A stretch of 38,933 bases of DNA from Proteromonas lacertae (GCA_002245135.1 NGBS01000596.1:124001-162933); one strand, 5' to 3'. Shown: positions 12,851 to 25,676, counted from the first letter of the stretch. Translations and numbers: made by a program. Notes: generated from the sequence alone by a model not told the origin.

Positions 12851-15065
12851 TTAAAAATCAGGTAGAAGATTAGCGAATTGATCTGGTTGTTTTGGTGGTT
12901 GTGGTGGTGGTTGCATACCCATTCCTTGATTCATTCCCATTCCTGTATTCATTCCATATCCCATACCTCCTTGTGGTGGTTGTTGCATTCCATAACCTCC
13001 AGCCATTCCTCCTTGTGGTGGCATACCATATCCTCCTTGTGGTGGCATTCCCATTCCTGGATTCATACCATAACCTCCTCCTGGCATACCTCCTGGTTGC
13101 ATTCTCATTCCTCCTTGTGGTGGCATTCCATAACCGCCTTGTCCTGGAGGTGGCATACCCATATTAGGATTCATTCCATATCCACCTTGCATTCCTCCAG
13201 CAGGTGGCATATTATAACCTCCTACATTCATACCATATCCTCCACCTTGCATACCAGGATTATAGGATGGAATTGCATTCAAATCAATACCTGCACTAGA
13301 ACCTCTACTTCTTCCTCTTGGATTAGCTGGTTTTACATTATCAAAATAACCAAATGCATCATCACCTCCACTTTGATTCATCACATTATGTTGTGGTTGT
13401 GATGGAGCTGTATTCATTGTCATAGAGGGCTGTCCACCAAAATCTATATTACCAAATAAATCATCACCACCACCAGCAGCTGCAGATGGAACATTGGTTG
13501 GAGGAATTGACTGAAAATCAAAATTATCAACAACAGATTTATTTACAACTTCAGTGGTTAAACCATCAAATAAAGCACCTTCATCCACTGCAGGTGCAGG
13601 TGGTGCTTCTGGTTCTGATGGCATTATATTAAACAAATCATCACCTCCTCCACCAGCCATCAAGTCTTCCTCTGGTGGTATTTCTTCTGCTGGTAATTCT
13701 TGTTGTTGTGGTTGTGGTTGTGGTTGAACTCTTCTTGGTGGAGGTGGTGCATCTGGTTCTTCTTCTTCCTCTGGCTCATCTTCACCTCCTCTTTCTATCA
13801 AGGTAATTACTGAATCTGCTTTTTTACATACTGCTTTATTACCTTTAATACCTAATTCAGCTATTTCTTCTTGGTTTTCTTTGAAATATTCTAAATAATC
13901 TTCACAACCTTCTTGTTTACACAACGCTTCTACTACACATAATGCTTTTAATTGTACTTGATAACTATCTTCACTTAATTTAGCTAATAACAATGGAGCA
14001 ATTAATGTCTGCTGGAATATTTCTACAATTTCTTACAAATATTTCTAATTTATCAGCTGGTGGAACTGGCTTCATTCCTCCAGGAGCACATAACTCATTC
14101 ACTAAACCTCTCTCATATGTACCATCTGTATTAGCTTTACCTGCATTAGCTTGATTTCGTTGTGCTATTGTAAATCCACCTGTTGGAGCTTTATAACCAC
14201 TAGCTGGTTGTTGTTGTTGTTGTTGTCCATTTACTGCACCTCTTGGACCTACTGGTTTTGGTATGTAATTTGTATTAGATGTTGATGTACTTGTAGCAGT
14301 AGTATTAACTGGTCCTCTTGGTTGTGCAACACCTCTTGGTGCGAAATTATTCAAAGTTGGTCTACCCAAATTTTGAGCTTTATCTTGCCAATTATTTGCA
14401 GGTTGTTTTTGTACTGCTTCATTTCCCATGCCAGCCATTGCCTTTGGTGCCACTGCTGCTGGTGCTGCTGGTGCTGCTGGTTTATTAAGACCTATATGAG
14501 CTCCTCTTGCCATTGGTGCAGTTGCTTGACCTGGTCTACTAATTGTATTGAATAAACCATTTTGGGGCTTTCTACTTCCACCATTTACTCTGGAAGCTAC
14601 TTGTTCTATTGTAGTATGTGCTTGATCGTGTAAGGCTTTGTAAGGTTCCATTCCTCTTAATGGATCTGGAGCACCTGTGAATGCAGCTGCTGCTTTTAAT
14701 TCATTCATGTGTTTCATCATCTCTACGGAGAATATTGGCTTTCCTGATGTAGATACGTACTATTCATAAGATATATATATATAACTTTGATTTTTATCAT
14801 ACTTCAATAATTCTCATACACTTTAATTTAATTACTGGATTGTCTTTAGCTAACCTCTGAATTAATAAATCTACGAGACTCTTACATCTTGCCTCACTCT
14901 CGTCACAAGCAAGTATAGCAATTAAGAAAACTGTTCTAATTATAGTTTTAAAATGATATATTTTATTTCATCAAGTTGTGGACCACCAACTGGTTGGTTA
15001 GTAGTTGATGTGACTTTATTAACAAGCAATCTATCTTGAACTACAGACTTAGCACCGCTTAACAT
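12851..15065 (-). CDS. TEPSIN: Tepsin / ENTHD2 (AP-4 accessory ENTH + VHS-like protein; one AT-AC intron, one GT-AG intron, one +1 frameshift at ~14002)
   Basis: ENTH domain VTSTTNQPVGGPQLDEIKFACDESEARCKSLVDLLIQRL...IKLKCMRIIEY...AAAFTGAPDPLRG.EPYK. Second domain ERGLVNELCAPGGMKPVP...VQLKALCVVEAL. Gly/Met/Pro-rich tail ending DQFANLL. Confidence 0.88.
14913..14959 (-). other. Putative U12-type (minor spliceosome) AT-AC intron, 47 nt
   Basis: Minus strand reads ATATCATTTT...TTTTCTTAATTGCTATAC. Its removal is needed to keep the tepsin ENTH domain in frame and colinear, and no GT donor exists at this exon end. Confidence 0.8.
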
Positions 15066-15442
15066 CTAATTAAATAATAGAATGATAAAGAACAATAGAA
15101 ATGTATAGAAATTGGATATAATATAATTATCAATTATACATACCTTTCAATAAACTCAAAGATCTCTTTTGAATAGATCCAATCAATATTCAAGCTTTTT
15201 ATTATTCATTCGTTATATAGTGTTTACTTATAAAATTATGCCTCGTTTGATACAAGTCAAGCTTTTTAATTACATTCTATTTTTTTATACTAATCAACTT
15301 TTCTAACATGTATAATTTTATTATAAGAACATAATGCACATATTAGATGATTGATTTCACTCATAAAGTGTAAGAAATACAATTTTACTTTACAATGTCA
15401 TTTTGATGTAATTTACATACCAAAAAAAATATCTTCAAAATA

Positions 15443-16330
15443 ATGAGTATTGAAGAGTCTTTATTACATCATAAGTATGATTATTGAATTTATTTGAATA
15501 GTGAAGAAGTAGAGGTTAATAAGCCAAGTGTATTCCAACTACATTTATTGAATAGAAGCTAAAGAACTGCTTGTTCTGCTTATGTCCATGTATAAAACCA
15601 CAGATAAAGTCGTATGAAGATTTTTGTAGTCAAGATGAAGTATATTCTGACTTATTTATTTAATTAGATGGATATTATCAATTCTATCAGATCTGAATCA
15701 ACAGTAGCATATGATTCTAACAACAAGGCTCATGAAAAACTATTACAAAACCTATGGGACTTAGCTTGTCCAACAACACCCTTAGAATCAAGAATTAACG
15801 ATCAGTGGAAGATGTTAGGTTTTCAAAGTCATGACCCAGCAACAGACTTTAGAGCAGGAGGTATATTTTCATTAAAGAACCTCATATATTTTGTGAAGAA
15901 ATACCCAGAAAGAATGAAGATTATAATTGATGAAAGAAAAGAATATCCCTTCGCTGCATCAGCAATTAATATTTCCAGAATGTTCTTATATCATTATAAA
16001 ATATCACAAAACCCAAAAATGTGCCCTTGCTGTAATACATCGATTATGAAATTGAAAGATAAAGCAACTCCAGAAATAAAGGACTTATTAAGAGTACTAG
16101 TGAATGATGGCACTGGTAAAGCAATTGATGAAATTATATCTGTTGGAATATTGGCTATGGATGATATATTTGTAAGAAAACAAAAAGAAAATCCAAATTT
16201 TACTGTTTTACAATTTAGAGATGTTTTTAAAGAAGTTACTGTTTATCTTCGTACTATTTTTAGTAAACATCCTAAAGATCTGGATGAATTTCTTGATATA
16301 TCGCAGAGAATAAAACTAAATAAAAAATAA
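15443..16330 (+). CDS. ELMO-domain (ELMOD, Arf/Arl GAP family) protein (4 exons)
   Basis: YDSNNKAHEKLLQNLW...QWKMLGFQSHDPATDFRAGGIFSLKNLIYF...YPFAASAINIS. Three short introns link to ATG 15443, and there is an N-terminal Cys cluster CLFCLCPC. Confidence 0.9.
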
Positions 16331-16415
16331 AAGATGTTTTAATTAAATGTTTATGACTTTTTTTTATAAATTTTATATTAATTTTATTAATCTATGTGTA
16401 ACTATTTATATTAAA

Positions 16416-16921
16416 TTAATTCAATAATATTTTTACTAAATCTTCAAATTCTATCCTTCCATTTCCATCACAATCACCAATTCTAAGAAATTTCTTCATT
16501 TCTTCTTCTGATAATTGTTCTCCATACGTTGATAAAAGATGCATCACTTCATCTGTAGTTAAATACCCTTTATTATCTGTATCTAATTCTTTTAAAGCTG
16601 TTATAAGTGTTTCAGATGTATCTTTTCCTTGTTCATTTTCATACTCTTTCATTGTTTCTAAAAATACATCAAACGAACATCCATTAGAATTATCTAAAAC
16701 AAAAATTGTAATTTAAATACTTTCATCTAATTTTGCTATTATTTCACGAACTTCAGCATTTGATGGATTTAATTCTACACTTCTCATAACCTATTTATCT
16801 TGAATAAAAGATATACTTTGCCAATATCCTCTAGTTCAAGTATTGATGTTTTTTTATTAGCGTACATTTCATAATATCTTCGAATTACATACAAATGTTG
16901 ATCATTTATCTCTTCTGCCAT
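16416..16921 (-). CDS. Calmodulin-like / myosin light chain-like EF-hand protein (3 exons)
   Basis: DIGKVMRSVELNPSNAEVREII...FDVFLETM...LDTDNKGYLTTDEVMHLLSTYGEQLSEEEM...DCDGNGRIEFEDLVKIL. Confidence 0.88.
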
Positions 16922-17023
16922 TCACAATTCGTTATATTAATAAAAAGCTTGAATTCTTATCAAACCTATTTTTATCGTTTCTTCTTTTATTTCGATAGTA
17001 GAATAAGTTATACTGTTGAAAAT

Positions 17024-19860
17024 ATGAACAAAAGTTACTCTGATACTTCTTTTAACATAAAAGGGGAAAGAGGATATAGAAGAAAAGCTAGGTATTTTTA
17101 ATTTTCTATATTATAGATTGGAAGCTGAACAACAATATTTTAATTCAATATTAAAAGGTTCTGAAGATAAAAGTAAAAAAGATCATCTAAATAAATTTAC
17201 AAAGAGATGGATCTATTTAATGAAATTGTGGAACACCTATGAGTATTTTCCAATACAAAAATCATGTTCATTAATACAAACATTTACAAATAATACATGT
17301 GATTATATAATGGACAAATATTATTTTCTTCATTTGTTTTCAAAGTACTTTGGACCAATGTATTATATTTATTTATTTATTATTTTTTGTAATTAGTAAA
17401 GCAGAAGTTGAAAAAACACTCTTCCAAGTCTTTGAAGCATTTAATATAAATGGAAAAGAGAAAATTGATTATAGACCATTATTAGCATCAATAGTGTATA
17501 AATTATTATATATATAATAGATTAATGCATTATCACAAATCTTCACCAAAACAGTTATTAATTATGATATATAATGTATATGATGGCGATTTTAAAGGAT
17601 ATATAACAGCTGATGAATTATACAATTTAGTTACATTACCATGTTGGAATAAAAAGGATTATGAAATTGCTGATTATGATGTATTATTGTTTATTAAAAT
17701 AATTTAAATAGTTATTTGAACCATTTAAACAAGAATTCATTCAAGTTGGAAAGAATAAAAAGAAGTTGGGAATAACTAAAAAGTCATATATTTATGTTGT
17801 TAGTAATTATGAAAATCTAGTTCAACAGTTTGATAAATTGCTATTAGAATGTTATACAAAATCAGTATATATAATAATAATAATAATTATTATTATTATT
17901 ATTATTTTAGATGAAATCTGCAGCTTTAATGGCGAGATTAAAAGAAGTAAATATTACTCAATCTGAAGCAATGTATATATATTAATCTTTCTGTTATTTT
18001 ATTTATTGTTTAAATAGAAGAGATGATGTAAGAGAAAATCAAGCAAGACAATTATTCTTAAATATATTTTATGGATGGAAGAAATATACAAAAGAAAGAA
18101 GAATAAAGAAACAAAAATATCATGAATTAGATCAATTTGCTCATAGTTATAGATTGAAATATGCAATAGAAATATTAATCTGTAATACAGAAAATTCATT
18201 AAATGCTAAAGCAAATGAAGTATTTATTCATTATTTATATAATATTATTATTAATAGTATAAATCAAGTAAAGTATTTAGTGATAAAACATTAAGGAAAT
18301 GTTTAACACAATGGAAGATATATAAGAATACTGAGAAATATAAAGATTTATATGCTTTAGAAAAAGGATCAAAAATATTTAGAAAATGTAGATTAGTTAT
18401 AAGAATGTCTATATGGAAGATATATCATATAGTATATTTATAATATATTTAGTTTTAATATATTTATAGAGATCAATACGAAAACAGAATGCTAAAAGAA
18501 TGTATAATCGAATACTAAATGAATGGAAATCTAAAGTATTTAAATCATGGAAAGAATATGTTCAAGAAGTTGTATCAGAACGAAAAGAAAAAGAAAGAGA
18601 AGAGAGAGAAAGAAAAGAAGCTGAAGAAAGAAGAATATTAGAAGAGAAATTAGCAATTGAATCAGAAGCTAAAAAACAAAAATTGGCAATGGAACATCAA
18701 CAATTAAGAGAGAAAATGAAACAATATAAAGAAGAAAGAGAAAAACAGATTAAATCAAAGAATTCTATTGATTATTCAAATAATCCAGAATCTTTACAAA
18801 AATTGGCAATTCAAGAACAAATTCGAAAAGAGAATAAGGAAGAACAAATGAAGTTAATGATGGAAGAAGTGAATAGGAATTTAGATGAGTATGAATATAT
18901 ATTGTTATATTTTTATAATTTTATTTATATCTTAGAACTGAAAAAGAAGAAATAAAACTTGCTGAAGAAGATGTACAAAGCTATTTAAAATCAAATGAAG
19001 GTAAAAAGATCATTCAAAAAGAAGCTGAAAGAATATTCGATGAAATAAACAATCCAAAGGTTGTAAAATCTTGTGTATTCTGTGAAACTCCTTGGAAAAG
19101 ATTATATGATAAAATGGACAATTTAGTAATATATTCCAATGATGAAACAGGTGAAAAAATAATGAGTCATATAGAAATCAGTAGAGCAAATGAATTATCA
19201 AAAGAGTTAGTGTCAGGATCATTATTACACAAAGCAAAATTAAAAATAACAGCACACAGAGAAGGTTCTTTAAGAATATTCAAGAAATTATATTGTGTCC
19301 AATTAATCGAAGGTTTATGGGAGATTCATAAAGCGAAATTAATATTACAAGAAAGAATGAAAGAGATTTGGGTAAAGAGATATGTTTTAGGTAAAGTTAA
19401 GCCATTTTATTATAATATAAATACTTATGAGAAGAGATGGACTAAACCACATTTGTTAGGATCAAGTGAAGCTACTGAATTGTCAAAATATGTGATTTTA
19501 CAGGATGATAAGTGTAATTATCAATATTGCTCATTAATTTCAAAATGGAAGAGTCAGAAAAAGCCAGATGGTGTTATGTTGTGTATGAAATGTAATTTTA
19601 ATTTTGGGAATTTGTACTGTAAAGAATGCCATTTCATCTATTGCTTTGATTGTTATGAAGAAGTACATCCTGATGAATATACAAAGTGGCATGAGAAATC
19701 ATTCTTTGAGACTAAGAAATTGTGTTGTTTGATATGCAATTCTCTTGCTAGTTATGTTTGTCCTGATGATACCTGTTTTGGATCAGCTTATTGTAGAAAA
19801 TGTGTGAGATTAATGCACAATCGTCCTCAAACTCAATTTCATAAGTATGTACCTGTATAA
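17024..19860 (+). CDS. Multidomain protein: EF-hands, Sfi1-like Trp repeats, coiled coil, WW domains, two B-box-type Zn fingers (10 exons)
   Basis: Nine GTAT..TAG introns give one frame. EF-hand-like segments FNINGKEKIDYRPLL and YDGDFKGYITADEL. Repeats LNIFYGWKKY, LRKCLTQWKIY, VIRMSIWKIY and SKVFKSWKEY. WW domain WVKRY...FYYNINTYEKRWTKP. Two CxxC...CxxC...CxxC...H...H units. Confidence 0.8.
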
Positions 19861-20021
19861 TTTAAATAATTTATTCATCATTATTTGCTATTTTATCTTT
19901 GTATTCATGATTTGAGAAAGAATTTGACAAAATGCGAAAATATACTCAAATCGTGGAATTATTTTATCAGTTATTTTATTTTATTCTTTATATCTTTATA
20001 ACTACACATTTTAGAGTTTAA

Positions 20022-22783
20022 ATGGATAGTAGATTCGGTCGAACTTCTCGTACAGTTTCTAGTATACAAAATTTCTTTATGTTTTGTAGATAATACTGTA
20101 ATTAACGTAAAGAGTAAGTCAGGGCTAGGTATGCAAAGTATAAGAGCTTCTAATAACCAAACACCAGAAGTGACTATTCCTGGCACACCAATCACTTTGG
20201 TTGATAGACCTCCAGTACTGCTTATCAATGCTCCAAAACCACCTCCTGTTACTCCTCAAATAGAATACAAAGATGATAAAGGCACAGGAACAGATGACTT
20301 CCATGAACAGCCAAAAGAAAAATCTCACTGTGGTTTATACAGTGCATACTGTTTTATCGTTTTTATATACACAGTTTTATGTTTTGTAATATACACATTC
20401 ATCCTCTATGGAATAGGAACTGCATTTATGAAATCACATTATCATATATCAATTGATGGTAAAACCCTATCACTCAATTCACTAGATGTATTAAGATATC
20501 CAGGTGTATATAATGTATTTACAACTCCTCAAACAACATCAATGAAACAACGAGAACTTAAAGAAAATGACATTATTGATTTAGATAATATAAAATACAG
20601 TGTAACTAAAGTAAAAGCACTAACACCAAACAACAGAAGAACAGCTGTAATTGATGGACAAAATGATTTATATCTAAGAAGTAAAGGATTAGAAACAACA
20701 GATGTAAGTATTGACGGAAGAACAAAAATGTTAGGTGATGTAATGATTGGAGATTTTAACCATACAAATAATCTAAAAATCAATGGAACAATTGATGTAC
20801 AATCAGTGAAAGTGAATAAAGTGTTTGATTTATCAGATGCAATATTAAAATACAACGCTCCAAATCCAAACAATGTAAATCAAACATTTCCAAACATTAC
20901 TATTGGACAATTAGATGCTAAAGTAATAAATGTTCAAACAACACTATGTAATATCAGTATAAATAATTTTACAAATATAAATGATATATTATTTAAAAAA
21001 CCAAATATTATTACTGTAAGAAGTGGTAATTTAGTATTAAAAGGAGATAAAGAAGGTAATGGAAGAATAACAATGTTGACTGATGCTGATGCGCCAACAG
21101 TGAATGCTGAATATATGAATATTGGATTAAAAGATAGTGAAAAGAAAATAAATATAAGAGGAGATGATAATTCTATTAAGAATGTAATTAATTTAGAATC
21201 TGATTCTATTACCTCTAAATCGATAAAAGTGAGTGAAATTAATGCAATTCTAGATACAATTAAAATGAAGAATGTAGTTGATATGAATGGGAATTTATTA
21301 AAAACAACTAAAATACAAAATACTGATACAATACAGACATTGAATATAAAACCATTGGATGATAAAAACTATTTATCTATAAATGGAATCAATGTATTAG
21401 ATAACTATGAAATGACTAATTTATTGAAGTTAAGATCAGCTCAAGTATTTACCAATGAGATTCAAGTTTCCAATGCAGGATCAATATCTATTAAATCTGA
21501 TATAAATATGAATGATTATTCTATTTCAAATATAAAGACAGTATCAACTACTAATTTAGATGTAATTCAATTATCTGTTAATTCAATCACATCTAAAGAT
21601 GCAGCTAATCCAATAAGTGTAGAAAGTGATATGTTATGTAATAAAATAATAAAAATAAATGAAATTGATCCAACGAATGTAGGTAAGAAAATACTAGTAA
21701 ATGGTGATATAAGTATGGAGAGTAAATCAATTATCAATATAATAGATACTCAAACAGACAAATTAACTGTTAAAGAAATAATCAGTAAAAATAGTGATGG
21801 TAGTCCAATCAATGTTAATTCTGCTGTGAATTTTGGTAATACCAATCACTACAGGAATTATTAATGTTGGAACATTACAATATTCTGCACTTGGTGGTGA
21901 AATCAGTGTTAATTCTGATTTGAATTTAGTTGATAAGAAAATCACTTCTGGTACACTAACTGTTAATTATATTGTTCCAAAGGATTTATTCTCTCTTAGC
22001 ATTGGAGTAGACTCTGGAAAAACTACATTGAATGGAATGGTGGAATATAAAGGAGGAATAACAGGTTCTTTAAATCTCAATAGTAATAAAATAGTTGGGA
22101 TTGGTAGTCTACAAGGAACTGGTGAAGATTCTATTTTATTTGAAAGTCATATAAAAATGTTAAATAAAAACATTAATATGGATGGTAATAGTATAACTAA
22201 TATCGGTACACTTACAGCACAACAAGCTGGTAAAATAACTGTCAATTCTGATATTTTAATGCCAAATAATGAACTGACTGTACAATCCATACAAAGTAAT
22301 AATGCTAATGGATTGACATTTAAAGGGAATATAAAATTTGGTATTAATAAAATCACAATTAAAGATGATGGTACAATTACTGGATTACAGAAAATAAATT
22401 CAGCTATAGGAGATTCTGTTGATATAAAAGGCAAAGTTACTATAGGATCTATCACTATTAGTGATTCACAAATTGATATGGGAGGTTCTGATATTACAAA
22501 AATAAAATCAATTTCAGGACAACCAAGTAATGCAATAGGAATTAAAAGTAATATAGATATGAGTGGTAAATCAATTACTAAGGTAAAAGGAATTAATGAA
22601 AACAGTGGTGATTCTTTGGACATATTTGGAAGTGTAAATATAAAGAATGAACTAATATTACCTAATGTGGTAGGTGCTTCTCCTGGCAGTAATTGTTCTC
22701 CTAATGGATCTATTACAAGTGATGGAACAAATTTGTATTTCTGTTCTGCATCAAAATGGAATAAAATCATAATCACTTATTAG
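20022..22783 (+). CDS. Type II membrane protein with long beta-strand repeat ectodomain and C-terminal two-Cys motif (1 intron; one +1 frameshift at ~21840)
   Basis: Pro-rich N-terminus, then a single TM (AYCFIVFIYTVLCFVIYTFILYGIG), then Ile/Asn/Ser/Thr/Gly-rich repeats such as INMDGNSITNI, IDMGGSDITKI and IDMSGKSITKV. Ends GSNCSPNGSITSDGTNLYFCSASKW. ORFs 20131 and 21833 share the repeat and overlap in +1 frame. Confidence 0.72.
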
Positions 22784-22904
22784 TATCTCTTTAATTTATT
22801 CTTTTCTATAATAATATATTAATTTTTAAAAATACCTTTTTTTATTTCCTCAAAAAAACAAAAAAACAATCATAAACAAAATAAAGAATAATAATTATAT
22901 AATT

Positions 22905-24265
22905 CTATTTCATAATCTTTGGTAATGGAAGCGTAGTATTTGGATTACCAAGTGGATCACCACTTTGACAAATACCAAATCTATTCAAAAATAAAAATAA
23001 TCAATAAATACAATATCAGAATATTCAATATATTTAATGACACAAATATGATTATCAAGTCACTAAATATACCTAAACATCTATCATAAAACGCATCAAA
23101 ACTTGTACAAGTGAGTGAATCTACAAATGAACAGTAAGATTCATGAGTGTCAGTGTTACAACACAATTTGAATGTCTTTTGGTAATTCTTCTGCGTTGGA
23201 GTAAAGATAATTGCGAAATACATTGTTATAAATATAACTAAAATTATTATTCTAATAATAAATAAATAAATAAATAAATATAAAATTATATAGAAAATAT
23301 ACGTATAAATAATGGTTTTATATTCTTTAAAGAATCTTGTTTCCATCACAATACACAATAATACTGATGATATAAATGTAAATAATGAAATACACAATAC
23401 CAAAATACCTAAACCAGGTTGTATAAAATGATTATAATGTTTAACATCATATAATAACAATATACTAAATGCAAATAATCCAACACTTGAAAGTAATAAA
23501 ATACCAATTCCAACTCGAGTGAAGAATTGTTTTACATTTTCTGGTAAATTTACTTTCTCACCATCTGATTCTAATTTCTTCTCTCTAATTCTGATATTTC
23601 CTATACATCCAATAGCATAGATAAACATAGTAAATAACAAGACAAGTCCTAATTGTTCACCTTTGTGAGTACAAGTTGAATGAAATACTGACAGTTCTTT
23701 ACAATCGTTTTTAGTAAAAGAATCACACTATTTATTATTATTATTATATTTATACAACATCTGGTATATCTGTTAAATTCCCACAACATGTGTTGAATGT
23801 ATGTAATAGATTTTTAAATGTTGGAACTTGTGAACTTGTTGCATAGATTATTAAGATGCACACCATAACCGGAACTACAGCAAATGCTCTATTTTAATGC
23901 ATTATTATATATAATTAATATACTCTACTGTTCTAGCATAGATTGGATTTGATGATATTTTAAATCCCCATATTGATGTGACGACAGTTAATATTATCGT
24001 TAATACTGCAAAGATAGCACATGCAACACATGTGACCAACGGTATAATGTTATAACCTAGACAGAGTAATAGAAAAAACATACCCACGGTGTAATAACTA
24101 TTAAAGAAGAGTCCTGTGTCAACTATGCACAAAATTGTCATAACCTAGTGTGTAAAAGCACAAATATACATATTGTAAACCTAAGCCGATATACAACCAC
24201 TTTGGTTTTTCTGTATCTCCATTTGTACTTTCTGATAATGATCTAAGCTCCTTATAACCTGACAT
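22905..24265 (-). CDS. 8-TM protein made of two tandem tetraspanin-like 4-TM units
   Basis: Spliced ORF from MSGYKELRSL. Each half has 3 TMs, a loop TFxxCC-x8/9-C-x7-C-x9-C (TFNTCCGNLTDIPDVCDSFTKNDCKELSVFHSTC; TFKLCCNTDTHESYCSFVDSLTCTSFDAFYDRC) and a fourth TM. Confidence 0.7.
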
Positions 24266-24799
24266 TGTCTCATATTCAGAAGATTAAAAGTTTGTTTTTA
24301 GAAAATGATCCGTTTCTCATAAAATTTTCTTTTTTCTTCTAAAATTATTTTTAAAATGCAAATATTTTTATTCTATTGTTTTATATAAAAACTGAGATGG
24401 TTGATGACTTATTTCATACATCTTTACTTTTTGTTAAATGAACTTTTTATATAGCAACAACATTTTTAATAAATTAATATGATATAGCTATGAGTATTTA
24501 ATTGCATTACAAGATCTATACCAATTTCATTTAGACATTCGACAACAGTATTTTTCTTCATTTCAATGTATATACTACACTTATGGTAACATATATTCAA
24601 TAATGATTCTATAAAATATGATTGTAAATCTTGAATTTTTCACATTTTTGAATTTTAAAACGCATAGTTTTTTGAAACTGTTAATTCTTTGCTTATTTTA
24701 AGGTATATATAAACATCATAATACCATTTCTAAATTATTTTTATATTATTCTATCTATAATCTATTATTGAAACAATTATTATGTAATAGTGATAGTTA

Positions 24800-25676
24800 A
24801 TGGCTTCATCAAGTTCTAGGAGTAGATCAAGATCCAAATCTAGATCTAAATCACGTATTATAAATCGTTTATATTTTATAAGCATCTGAAAAGCGTTCAA
24901 AGTCTCGTTCTACTTCTCGATCAAGATCCTCTTCACCGTATTATTAGATATAAGTTCTATTCAATAGTGCACCACAAAAAGAAGCAATGAAACAACAAAC
25001 TATACTATGCGTTGATGGTTTAACAAAGTATTGTTATATCTGTTCTAATGTTTTTAATAGTAATGTCAATGAAGGTCATTTAGAAGAAATATTTGGAAAT
25101 TATGGTAAAGTAATAGAAACTCGAATAAAGAAAGATCCAAAATACAAATTTCCAGAAGGAATGGGATATGTTGTATTTGAGAGTAAATCAGATGCAAGAA
25201 ATGCAATATCACACATGGATGGAGCACAAATAGATGGAGAAAAAGTAAAAGTTAGATTTGCTTTGAGTATGGAAGGAGAAGAATCAAATTCAACACAATC
25301 AAATAAAGACACAACAACAAAATCAATTCCACCACTACCACCACCACCACCACCTCTGCCTGCAACAACTGCATCTACAAAGAGTAAAAGTAGAAGTAGA
25401 AGTAGATCTGCTTCACCTCCACCTCCGCCTCCATTACCAACATCATCATCGTCAACTACAACAACCATACAAAAGAGAAGAATGTCTAGAAGTAGAAGTC
25501 CACCTAAAAGAAGAAGAACTACTCATCATAGATCTCCTAGACGTAGAACACGTCATTCTCGTAGTTCATCTCGTAGTTCATCATCTAGAAGTTCTTCTCG
25601 TAGTGGAAGTAGTTCAAGATCTTCTTCACGTTCCAGTTATAGTAGTTCTTCATCTCGTTCAAGAAGTAGAAGTTAA
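24800..25676 (+). CDS. RNPS1: RNPS1/SR45-like RRM protein with RS-rich termini (3 coding introns)
   Basis: RS-rich N-terminus, then LCVDGLT(N)NVNEGHLEEIFGNYGKV...GMGYVVFE...AISHMDGAQIDGEKV, then an RS/Pro tail. The in-frame 33-nt intron 25028-25060 is read through in the ORF track. Confidence 0.88.

Noticed and set aside
12878..13402. Plus-strand ORFs with His/Trp/Ser or Val-rich repeats (12878, 12892)
   Set aside because: Antisense shadows of the GGYGMPPQ low-complexity tail of tepsin.
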